DNA of 64,000 nucleotides, taken from Verrucomicrobiia bacterium (lineage in GTDB: Bacteria > Verrucomicrobiota > Verrucomicrobiia > Palsa-1439). Below, one piece after another: positions 21,902 to 29,920 of the stretch. A program made the position numbers and the translations under genes. The notes under the pieces are model-generated. The model was not told where the DNA came from, ran no database searches, and saw only the letters and a program-made list of their open reading frames with translations. The stretch's first letter is position 1; each line of letters starts with the position of its first letter. The stretch is from positions 10,215 through 74,214 of the forward strand of contig JBBISF010000004.1 in the NCBI GenBank assembly GCA_037441425.1, read 5' to 3'.

Positions 21902-22909
21902 CTATTTCTGGCCCGGTTTCCGCAAGATACGCTCGCCGCTGCCGGCTGCGGGCGGTTTACCCAAGACGCGATCTTTTTGTTGGCGTGGACCGGAGATGAG
22001 CTGTCGTTCGCCGGCAGCCGCAGGCGGCGCTTGTTTGATGGTTTGTTCGCCGGCGGGCGCGGGCGCAGTGGCAATCGGCTTGTCCTCGGCGACCGGTGCT
22101 GCTGGCTCGGGAACAGGCGCGGGTGGCGGCGGAGGCGGTGGGGCGACGACAACCGGTTCGGGCGCAGGTGGCGGTGGCGGCGGAGGCGGAGGAGGGGGCG
22201 GTGGTGGGGCGACGATGACAGGTGCCGGCGGTGGTGGTGGCGGTGCGACCGGTGCCGGTGGTGGAGTGGGCGCGGCAGGTGCCGGAGTTTCGTGTTTGAG
22301 GAGTTTCCGGAGCGCGCCGGTGGTGCGACTAATCGGACTGCTGGGCGGTGGCGGTTCGGCTCCGGGCAGGCGGACGAAGCTGCGTTTGACGGTCGGTTGT
22401 GGTGCGGCCGGGCGTTGCGCGATAGGCGCCGGCGCGACGGGTTTGGGTGCGCCCAAGCGGGGAATCGGGGGACGCACAGGCGCGGGTGGTTCGGGAGGTG
22501 GCGGCGGTGGAGGAACCTCTTGAGCGACCGGCGCGGGTTCGGGTGGCGGCGGCGCGACGGGAGTAACCGGTTGTGGAGCCGGGACGGCAACCGGCACTTG
22601 GGGTTGCGGTGGCGTTTGGACTTCGGGCAGATAGACCAGCATGAAGATGCCCATGTGAATCTGGTCACCGCTCTTCAGGGGATGAACCGTGATGGGGAGG
22701 CCGTTGACGAAGGTGCCGTTGGTGGCGTGCAGATCAACCAGCTTGTGCTCGTCGTCTTCGGTGACAATGATCGCGTGGTGCTTGGAGACGCTGCGGTCGT
22801 TGAGATGGATGGTGTTGTCGGGCGCGCGGCCAATGGAGCAGATGGTGCCGCTAAGATCGTGAGCGCGAGGTTGCGGCAGCCCCGCCAAAATGTGGAGTTT
22901 TGCCTTCAT
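21902..22909 (-). CDS. FHA-domain protein with long polyproline/PAPV-rich C-terminal tail
   Basis: N-terminal FHA fold (GRAPDNTIHLNDRSVSKHHAII...TNGTFVNG). ~220-aa Pro-rich tail including a run of 14 Pro. Start set at the ATG at 22909 (alternative 22924), because the longer ORF overlaps the tRNA-Gly. Confidence 0.7.
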   Translation of the reverse strand: MKAKLHILAGLPQPRAHDLSGTICSIGRAPDNTIHLNDRSVSKHHAIIVTEDDEHKLVDLHATNGTFVNGLPITVHPLKSGDQIHMGIFMLVYLPEVQTPPQPQVPVAVPAPQPVTPVAPPPPEPAPVAQEVPPPPPPPEPPAPVRPPIPRLGAPKPVAPAPIAQRPAAPQPTVKRSFVRLPGAEPPPPSSPISRTTGALRKLLKHETPAPAAPTPPPAPVAPPPPPPAPVIVAPPPPPPPPPPPPPPAPEPVVVAPPPPPPPAPVPEPAAPVAEDKPIATAPAPAGEQTIKQAPPAAAGERQLISGPRQQKDRVLGKPPAAGSGERILRKPGQK

Positions 22910-23403
22910 TTCGCATTCCACCATAACAACACCCCGGGATGCTTGCAAACTCAAAGCGGGTGATGAGTGGGCGCAGCTTGACGCTGCCACCATAATGGAG
23001 GTGGGAACGGTTTCCCACCCACGGCTCACGAACACCCCACCGTGGGAGGCCCATGGAACCATCTCGCTCACTGTGGGAATTGGAAGAGGAGGTGCTGGCA
23101 GGTGCGCCAGCGTGGTCTCGGCTGGGGCCGTCGGAAACCCAAACCGGCGCGCGGAAATCGAACAGGTTACGCTCCGCCTCCAAAAGTTTCTCGATTCGTT
23201 TCTCGACGCATCATTGACCGCAATGACTACACCGCCGAGAAGGCGAAATTGATGAGGCGGAAGAAGATATTGGAGGAACAAAAAGCCGCCTGCGCAGCAG
23301 GCCGGGCCGATTGGCTCGAACCTTGTCCTCGACTGTAAAAAAGCCCGTGGTTCTTGCGTGAAACCGTGGTCACTACTTCTCGAAAACTCGTCGAGTTGCG
23401 TGG

Positions 23404-23477
23404 TGGAGCGGGCGATGGGAATCGAACCCACCTCACCAGCTTGGAAGGCTGGCGCATTACCACTATGCTACGCCCGC
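23404..23477 (-). tRNA. tRNA-Gly (anticodon UCC)
   Basis: Manual fold: acceptor GCGGGCG/CGCCCGC, D arm GCAT/ATGC, anticodon stem CCAGC/GCTGG with loop CTTCCAA, T arm GTGGG-TTCGATT-CCCAT, discriminator U, encoded CCA. Confidence 0.8.
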
Positions 23478-23566
23478 ATCCTTGGCGCGACGTGCGCAAG
23501 CTACATCACGCCGCCCACAAGCGTCAAGACGGGAAACCGCTTGTGCCCGCGGTGTTCCGGTTGTAC

Positions 23567-25237
23567 ATGTTACGAGCAATGGCGATGCGCATGATCCGGT
23601 GTTGGCTTTTGTTCGGCCTGCTCGCGTGGGGCTTGACCGACGCGGTCCACGCCCAGACTTCCGGCACCGGGTTCGTCGTCAACGAACACGGCTACATCGT
23701 CACCTGCGCCCACGTCATCCGCAACGGGCGCAAAATCGAAGTCGTGCTCGGTGACCGGGTGTACGACGCCACCGTGGTGGAAGCGGATCAAATCTTCGAC
23801 CTCGCCCTGTTGCGCGTCAACGCCGATAACTTGATCCCGCTGCCGTTGATTGATTCCGACCGGGTAGAGGTCGGCGAAGAAGTGCGCGCGTTCGGATTTC
23901 CGTTGGCGACAATGCTGGGTGACAGCGTCAAGATCACGCGCGGCACAATTTCCGGCATTGAGACCAGAGACACGTACAAATACTTTCAGGTGGATGCCGT
24001 GCTCAATCCCGGCAACAGCGGCGGCCCGTTGGTGGACGACCGCGGCCAGGTCGTGGCCATCAACAACGCCAAGCTGAGCGGCCCGGCGGTCAGCGGCATT
24101 GGGTTGGCCGTGCCGATCAACTACATCAAGGATTTGTTGCGTCGGCAAGACGTGTCGTTTTCCACCGTGGCGGTGCCCCCGCGCATGGAAGGCCCCATGC
24201 TCGTGCGGAAAGTGTCGCCCTCGGTCGCGCTGATCAACGTCACGATGCGCGCGGCGGCGGTGAACACCGGCGCGCCAACCGCCACGCCGATTCCACCGCC
24301 CGAACCGCTGGAGTTGGTGCCGACGATGGCGAAGTATAACCGGCTGGTCTATAGCCTCGCGTTTGCGCCGGACGGCAAGGTGCTTGCCAGCGGCGCCGGT
24401 GACGGTTTGGTGGGCATCTGGGATGCCCATACCGGCGAACTGAAGCGGCCGCTCATCATTCACAAAGGCGCGGTTACTTCCGTTGCCTTTGCGAAGGACG
24501 GTCAATGGCTGGCCAGCGGCAGCTTGGACAAAACCATTCAACTCTGGGACGCCCACACCGGCGAATTGCGGCGCACAATGGCGTGGAACTCCGGTCCCGT
24601 GTACGCCATCGCCCCTTCGCCGGATGGAGAAACCTTGGCGGCGGCGACGGGGCGGCCGGGGGAAGCCGGTTTCATTCGACTCTGGGAAGTGAAGACCGGC
24701 AAGGTCCGCCGCAATCTCACTGGCCATCGCGCCGAAGTGACGGCGGTCGCGTATTCGCCCGACGGCAAGTTCCTCGCCAGCGCGAGCAAAGACAAAACCA
24801 TCCGCCTCTGGGACGGTGACACCGGCAAACTCCTGCGCATTCTCAAAGGACATTTCGACGAGGTGTATGCGCTTGCGTTTTCACCGGATGGCCGGTGGCT
24901 CGCCAGCGCCGGCAAGGATTACACGGTGCGACTTTGGGATCCCGAGACCGGCGGGAACAAACACACGTTCACCGGCCAACTCGATGAAGTGGATGCGGTC
25001 GCGTTCTCGCCCGATGGCAAAACGCTGGCCAGCGGCAGTCTCGACAACACGATCAAATTCTGGGATGTGGCCACCGGCAAATTAGAGCGCACACTCGACG
25101 GTCCGGGTGAAGGCGTGGTGGCGCTGGCGTATGCGCCCGACGGCAAGACACTCGCCGTTGCCGGCAAGAACAAGACGCTCAAGCTCTACGATCTCACGGC
25201 ACCGGCAGGGGAGGCGGCTGCCCAGCCGGCCCCTTAA
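23567..25237 (+). CDS. Secreted trypsin-like serine protease (S1C/HtrA-like) fused to a 7-bladed WD40 beta-propeller
   Basis: Signal peptide MRMIRCWLLFGLLAWGLTDAVHA. Catalytic triad context TCAHV...D...GNSGGPL. Seven WD repeats (GxVLASGxxDxTIxLWD). The ORF track starts at TTG 23354 inside the tRNA, so the start was moved to an in-frame ATG (23567/23579/23585). Confidence 0.8.
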   Translation: MLRAMAMRMIRCWLLFGLLAWGLTDAVHAQTSGTGFVVNEHGYIVTCAHVIRNGRKIEVVLGDRVYDATVVEADQIFDLALLRVNADNLIPLPLIDSDRVEVGEEVRAFGFPLATMLGDSVKITRGTISGIETRDTYKYFQVDAVLNPGNSGGPLVDDRGQVVAINNAKLSGPAVSGIGLAVPINYIKDLLRRQDVSFSTVAVPPRMEGPMLVRKVSPSVALINVTMRAAAVNTGAPTATPIPPPEPLELVPTMAKYNRLVYSLAFAPDGKVLASGAGDGLVGIWDAHTGELKRPLIIHKGAVTSVAFAKDGQWLASGSLDKTIQLWDAHTGELRRTMAWNSGPVYAIAPSPDGETLAAATGRPGEAGFIRLWEVKTGKVRRNLTGHRAEVTAVAYSPDGKFLASASKDKTIRLWDGDTGKLLRILKGHFDEVYALAFSPDGRWLASAGKDYTVRLWDPETGGNKHTFTGQLDEVDAVAFSPDGKTLASGSLDNTIKFWDVATGKLERTLDGPGEGVVALAYAPDGKTLAVAGKNKTLKLYDLTAPAGEAAAQPAP

Positions 25238-27728
25238 ATTTTTCCACGCCCAGTTGCCCCAGCGCCGTTGCCGCCGCAAAACGCACATCCCAAAATTCGT
25301 CGTGCAACACCGGTAGTAGCCGGGGGATTGCGCGCCGGTCACCGATTCGGCCCAGCGTTTGCGCGGCGCGGAGACGAATCAACTCCCGGTCATCGCGCAA
25401 GAAACGGATGGCAGGTCCGAAGGCGGCGTGGGCGCGCAGATGGCCCAGCGTGTAAAGCGCGGTGGTCTGGGTCTTCTCCCGGTGGAGCAGGGGCAGGATG
25501 ACCGGAATGGCGTTCGTGGCCGACTCAAATCGGGCGAGGAAATAACAGCACACCCGCGCCGCTTCGTCATCGGGCGCGTGACGAACACCGTCGATTAGTG
25601 CCGGGACCGCATTTGTTCCCAGGTAATCAATCAGCGCTTCCGCCTTCACCTGCACCATGACGTCGGGGCTGTCCATGCGTGTCAACCAGTAGGGAAGCAC
25701 TTCCAAGCCGCGGCGTTTCAATTCAGCCCACGCCTGATCGGCGTCGGCGTGATCGGAGATCGCGACGCGGATCAGGTGTTCGAGGGGATTGTGGACATCC
25801 ACGTGCCGGGTGTGAATGTGGACGCGCCCTTCCGAGCGTGATCCCCATAAGAGCAACGGCACCGGTCGCGCCGGGAAGGGCGCGCCCCCGTGCGGCGTTG
25901 CTTCCGTATCAATGCCGCAGCCATACCACGGTTTTACCCAGACGGTGTTGTTCGTCTGGCCTTGCGAGTACGTGTCTTGGCCGGCGAGGTCGAGCAGCAC
26001 GGCGATTGAACCGTATTCCCGTTTGTCGCCGTCTTGGCCAGCGGCTTGCGATTGTTTCGGGTCTTTGCCGATGTACACATCGTTACCGGCGTGATCGAGC
26101 AGCAGCGCGAAGGAGTTGTAGAGCGCCGCGCCTTGGGCCGTGGTGTCGCCTTCGTAATGGTCATTGCCGGCACGGTCAATCAGGATGCCCACCGAGTAGT
26201 CGTGGGCCGCGCCTTGGCAGATGTGACCGGCGGTGTAGGTGTCGTTGCCGCTCCAGTCAATCAGCGCGCCACTGCTGAGATGGATGCCGGCGCCCTGACA
26301 ATATTGATAGGCTTGATAGGTGTCATTTCCCGCCGCATCAAGAAGCAACCCAAGCGAATACCAGTAGCTGGCCCCTTGTCCGTACACGTCGGCGACGTAA
26401 TGATCGTCGCCCTGCAAATCGCACAAGATGCCGACGCCGCCGCCGGCAAACGGGCGCAGCCCATAGCCGAATCCTTGGGAGAGGGTGAACCTGTGCCCCG
26501 GCAACCACGGACACGGTTGGTTGCCGGTGGCGACGTACGAGTCGTTGCCCTCCACATCCAGCAATAACCCCACGCCACTCGTGCCGCCATATCCTTGCGA
26601 TTCCGCCGTTGCCCGGTAAGACGTATCGCCACCGCGCTGCCACAGAATGCCGGCGCCGAAAGTTGCCGCGCCTTGGGCATGTGTGTCCGCCACGAACTTG
26701 TCGCGCCCGCCGCCGTCCACCAGCATTCCGCAGCCGAAGAACCCGGCGCCCTGCGACAGATGTTTGGCTTCGTAAACGTCATCGCCACCGCAGTCTACCA
26801 GAATGCCGATGCCGAAAATACCGGCGCCTTGAGAGTAACTCTTGCGCGAGATGTATTGATCATTGCCGGCCAGATCGATGACGATCGAAATCGGTCGCCC
26901 TTCTAATCCATTCGCGCCGCCGGCGGAGTTCTCGTACACATCGTCGCCGCCGAGGTCGATGATCAGAAAGGCTTCCTCCTTGTACACGTTCCGGCCCACG
27001 CCACCGATGATGATCTTCCCGAGCGGGGTGTCAGTCGAGACCTCGAATTCTTCCGTGTAGTGATGCTGGCGCAGTTCCCGGACGGCTTCGTCCACGGCGC
27101 GCGTCAGTTCCGCGAACGCCTGAAAGAGGTGGGCGTGATTCAACCGGTTGCTGGCGGCGAGGATGAGATTGACCGGTTCGTCGTCTTGGAATTCCAGATT
27201 CTTGTCGCGCCGCAGGAGATCGGGATCAATGCCGGCCTTGTCGGCGTCGTCTTGGACAGTCTGGAGCAGGAAAGCTTCGAAGGCTGGTTTGTCGGGCTTC
27301 GGCAGGAGCGGCCGGACGCGGAGGGCGGCATCGTAGATCAATTGCACCGCGGAAGCGACACCCGGCGGAACAGCCGGCAGGTGTAACGGGTGGGTTGGCG
27401 GTTGCCAGTGCGGATGCGCGCCAGTCAACGCCGTGACGATGTCCGTGAGATTGGTGGCGCGGCTCAGCTTCGCGCGTACCTCGTCGGCAACGACCGACAG
27501 TGTGAGCGGTTCTTGCAGGGTCATGCGCACGACCGGCAGGATGAGGTTGGACTCGGCATTGGTTTTGGAAAAGGACAAATCGTGCGGCGTCATCTTCAAG
27601 GTGCGCAGCGCTTGTGCGAGATAGTACTCGTCGGTGGCGTCAAAGGCCGGCGGGATTTCACCGCCACGACATAGCGGGCACAGAGCTAGGAGTGCCGCGC
27701 CGAGGAGGAATAGTGGTCGTCGGTTCAT
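25194..27728 (-). CDS. Secreted 844-aa protein: ~12 tandem ~26-aa Gly/Asp-rich beta-solenoid-type repeats plus C-terminal PBS-lyase HEAT-like repeats
   Basis: Signal peptide MNRRPLFLLGAALLALCPLCRG. Repeats of consensus [LIV]-D-x-x-G-[ND]-D-x-Y-x(6)-Q-G-A-x(5)-G-[IL]-L. C-terminal AIPRLLPVLHD...VRxAAAxALGQLG HEAT units. Confidence 0.7.
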   Translation of the reverse strand: MNRRPLFLLGAALLALCPLCRGGEIPPAFDATDEYYLAQALRTLKMTPHDLSFSKTNAESNLILPVVRMTLQEPLTLSVVADEVRAKLSRATNLTDIVTALTGAHPHWQPPTHPLHLPAVPPGVASAVQLIYDAALRVRPLLPKPDKPAFEAFLLQTVQDDADKAGIDPDLLRRDKNLEFQDDEPVNLILAASNRLNHAHLFQAFAELTRAVDEAVRELRQHHYTEEFEVSTDTPLGKIIIGGVGRNVYKEEAFLIIDLGGDDVYENSAGGANGLEGRPISIVIDLAGNDQYISRKSYSQGAGIFGIGILVDCGGDDVYEAKHLSQGAGFFGCGMLVDGGGRDKFVADTHAQGAATFGAGILWQRGGDTSYRATAESQGYGGTSGVGLLLDVEGNDSYVATGNQPCPWLPGHRFTLSQGFGYGLRPFAGGGVGILCDLQGDDHYVADVYGQGASYWYSLGLLLDAAGNDTYQAYQYCQGAGIHLSSGALIDWSGNDTYTAGHICQGAAHDYSVGILIDRAGNDHYEGDTTAQGAALYNSFALLLDHAGNDVYIGKDPKQSQAAGQDGDKREYGSIAVLLDLAGQDTYSQGQTNNTVWVKPWYGCGIDTEATPHGGAPFPARPVPLLLWGSRSEGRVHIHTRHVDVHNPLEHLIRVAISDHADADQAWAELKRRGLEVLPYWLTRMDSPDVMVQVKAEALIDYLGTNAVPALIDGVRHAPDDEAARVCCYFLARFESATNAIPVILPLLHREKTQTTALYTLGHLRAHAAFGPAIRFLRDDRELIRLRAAQTLGRIGDRRAIPRLLPVLHDEFWDVRFAAATALGQLGVEKFKGPAGQPPPLPVP

Positions 27729-27803
27729 GGATCAGCGGTATTGGAATAACCGCGAAGCTCCCAAAAGCCAAGCCGCCAGCTTGTCGTTGATTTCGTCCAG
27801 TGA

Positions 27804-28685
27804 TCAACCGCCGGTTTCGAAGCCGGGGTAGAGCGTCATGCCGCCGTCAATGTAGATGTTGGTGCCGGTAATGTAATCAGCATAATCGCTCGCCAGCCAG
27901 ACGGCGGCTTGGCCAATGTCTTCCGGTTCGCCGATGCGTTTGTAGGGAACGAGCTTCATCAGGTTTTTGTAGGCTTCGGGAGTGTCCCAAGCGGCGGTGT
28001 TAATTGGGGTCCGGATCGCGCCGGGGCAGATGCTCAGGACGCGGATGCGGAACGGGGCGACTTCTTGGGCGATGCTTTTCATCATCATCATGACGCCGCC
28101 TTTCGAGGCCGCGTAGTTGACGTGGCCGGCCCACGGAATGACATCGTGCACCGAACTGATGCAGATGATCTTGCCGGCGGCGCAGGAGATTTCCTTCTTG
28201 ATGCCGCGGCGCTTGAACTCGCGTACCGCTTCGCGCGCACAGAGGAACTGGCCGGTCAGATTCGTGCCGATGACCTTGTTCCATTTGTCGAGGGTCATCT
28301 CCTCGAACCGGGAATCGCTTTGGAGGCCGGCGTTATTGATGAGAATATCAATCGTGCCAAATTCCTGGCACATCTTGGCGAACATCGCTTGCACCTCGGC
28401 TTCCTTGGAGACGTCGGCTTGATGCGCGTAGCACCGGCTCCCGCTCTGGCTGGCGGCGGCCACGACTTCATCTGCGGCAGCCGGGTTCGCGTAGTAGTTG
28501 ACCACCACGTCCGCGCCGGCTTCGCCGAGGGCGATGGCGACGGCTTTGCCGATGCCGCTGTTGGCGCCAGTGACCAGCGCTTTTTGGCCTTTGAGAATTT
28601 TGACGGTTGGGCAAGCCGGCAGGACGACGCTCGGCAACTGATCCATCTCCACATCGCGGACGAACTGACTCATGGTCGTAGCCAT
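27804..28685 (-). CDS. SDR-family NAD(P)-dependent oxidoreductase (glucose 1-dehydrogenase-like)
   Basis: TGANSGIGKA glycine-rich loop, NNAG, catalytic YAASK. Start at ATG 28685, preceded by AAGGAG. Confidence 0.8.
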   Translation of the reverse strand: MATTMSQFVRDVEMDQLPSVVLPACPTVKILKGQKALVTGANSGIGKAVAIALGEAGADVVVNYYANPAAADEVVAAASQSGSRCYAHQADVSKEAEVQAMFAKMCQEFGTIDILINNAGLQSDSRFEEMTLDKWNKVIGTNLTGQFLCAREAVREFKRRGIKKEISCAAGKIICISSVHDVIPWAGHVNYAASKGGVMMMMKSIAQEVAPFRIRVLSICPGAIRTPINTAAWDTPEAYKNLMKLVPYKRIGEPEDIGQAAVWLASDYADYITGTNIYIDGGMTLYPGFETGG

Positions 28686-28765
28686 GGATGATTTCTCCTT
28701 TTTAGTTAAGGGCTTGAGAAGCGTGACGACTCGCCGGACTTGGACAGCGCCAGGCTCCGGAAGGT

Positions 28766-29293
28766 TCACTGCGGGGGCGACGGCGTCTTTTCGAACGTCA
28801 ACGCCGCGGAGTTGATGCAGTAGCGCAGGCCGGTCGGTTGGGGGCCGTCGTCAAACACGTGCCCCAGATGCGCGCCGCACCGCCGACACAAGATTTCGGT
28901 GCGGTGCATGCCGAAGGAATTGTCGGGTCGGCGCTCGATGTTGTCCTCGGCTGCCGGCTGAAAGAAACTGGGCCAGCCCGTGCCGGATGCGAATTTGGCG
29001 GCGGATTTGAACAACACGGTTCCGCAACACACGCAGCGGTAAAGACCGTTCTCGTGGTTGTTCCAATAGCCGGACGAACACTGGCGTTCCGTCCCCGCCT
29101 GACGCGTGACCCGGTACTGTTCGGGGGTGAGTTGTTGGCGCCATTCGGCGTCGGTCTTGACGATCTTCTCCACGGTGACGACTCCTTTCCGGACACCGGC
29201 ATCGGTGAACTCAACGATTTTTACTTTCTGCGCGAATGAACCGGTCGTGCCCAGAAGGGCGCTCCCACAAATTAGTGCGAAGCAAATCTTCAT
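28766..29293 (-). CDS. msrB: Peptide methionine-R-sulfoxide reductase MsrB (secreted)
   Basis: SelR domain with CxxC...CxxC zinc site and the RYCINSAAL motif. Signal peptide. Confidence 0.85.
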   Translation of the reverse strand: MKICFALICGSALLGTTGSFAQKVKIVEFTDAGVRKGVVTVEKIVKTDAEWRQQLTPEQYRVTRQAGTERQCSSGYWNNHENGLYRCVCCGTVLFKSAAKFASGTGWPSFFQPAAEDNIERRPDNSFGMHRTEILCRRCGAHLGHVFDDGPQPTGLRYCINSAALTFEKTPSPPQ

Positions 29294-29865
29294 TCCGTCA
29301 CCACATGGCAACTTGGCAAGTCATGCTTGTGGAAATAATCCTGATGATATTCTTCCGCCCGCCAAAATTGCTGCGCGGGCACAATCGCGGTGACGATGGG
29401 CCGGTGGAACTTGCCGGACTTGTCGAGGCGGTCTTTCACCGCGCGCGCGATCTTCTCCTGTTCCGGCGTGTGGTAGAAGATGACCGACCGGTATTGCGTG
29501 CCGACATCCGGGCCTTGCCGGTTGAGGGTCGTTGGGTTGTGAAGTTTGAAGAAGTACTCGACCACCTTTTCGTAGCTGACCACGGACGGATCGAACGTGA
29601 TCTGGCACACCTCGGCGTGTCCGGTGCGATCCGTGCACACCTGTTGGTACGTCGGATTCTTCAGATTCCCGCCCATGTAACCAACCACGGTCGAGGTGAC
29701 GCCCCGCAGTTGCTGAAACGCGGACTCCACGCCCCAGAAACAACCCGCGGCAAATGTCGCTTTTTCCATTGGAGGTTCTCCTTGCGCGCTAAACGCCGTC
29801 ACCGCGCCGACGCCGAGCAGGCAGCACCACGATCGCAATCTGTCAGCCATCGCGGTATGTGTCAT
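29290..29865 (-). CDS. msrA: Peptide methionine-S-sulfoxide reductase MsrA (secreted)
   Basis: GCFWG active-site motif. 4-nt overlap with msrB. Confidence 0.85.
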   Translation of the reverse strand: MTHTAMADRLRSWCCLLGVGAVTAFSAQGEPPMEKATFAAGCFWGVESAFQQLRGVTSTVVGYMGGNLKNPTYQQVCTDRTGHAEVCQITFDPSVVSYEKVVEYFFKLHNPTTLNRQGPDVGTQYRSVIFYHTPEQEKIARAVKDRLDKSGKFHRPIVTAIVPAQQFWRAEEYHQDYFHKHDLPSCHVVTE

Positions 29866-29920
29866 CCGGATTCCAGCGGTTGTCAAATGGCGACCGCGCA
29901 CTTGCGCGGGCGCCGCGGGA

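Noticed and set aside
23570-24853. 427-aa minus-strand ORF
   Set aside because: Antisense to the protease-WD40 gene.
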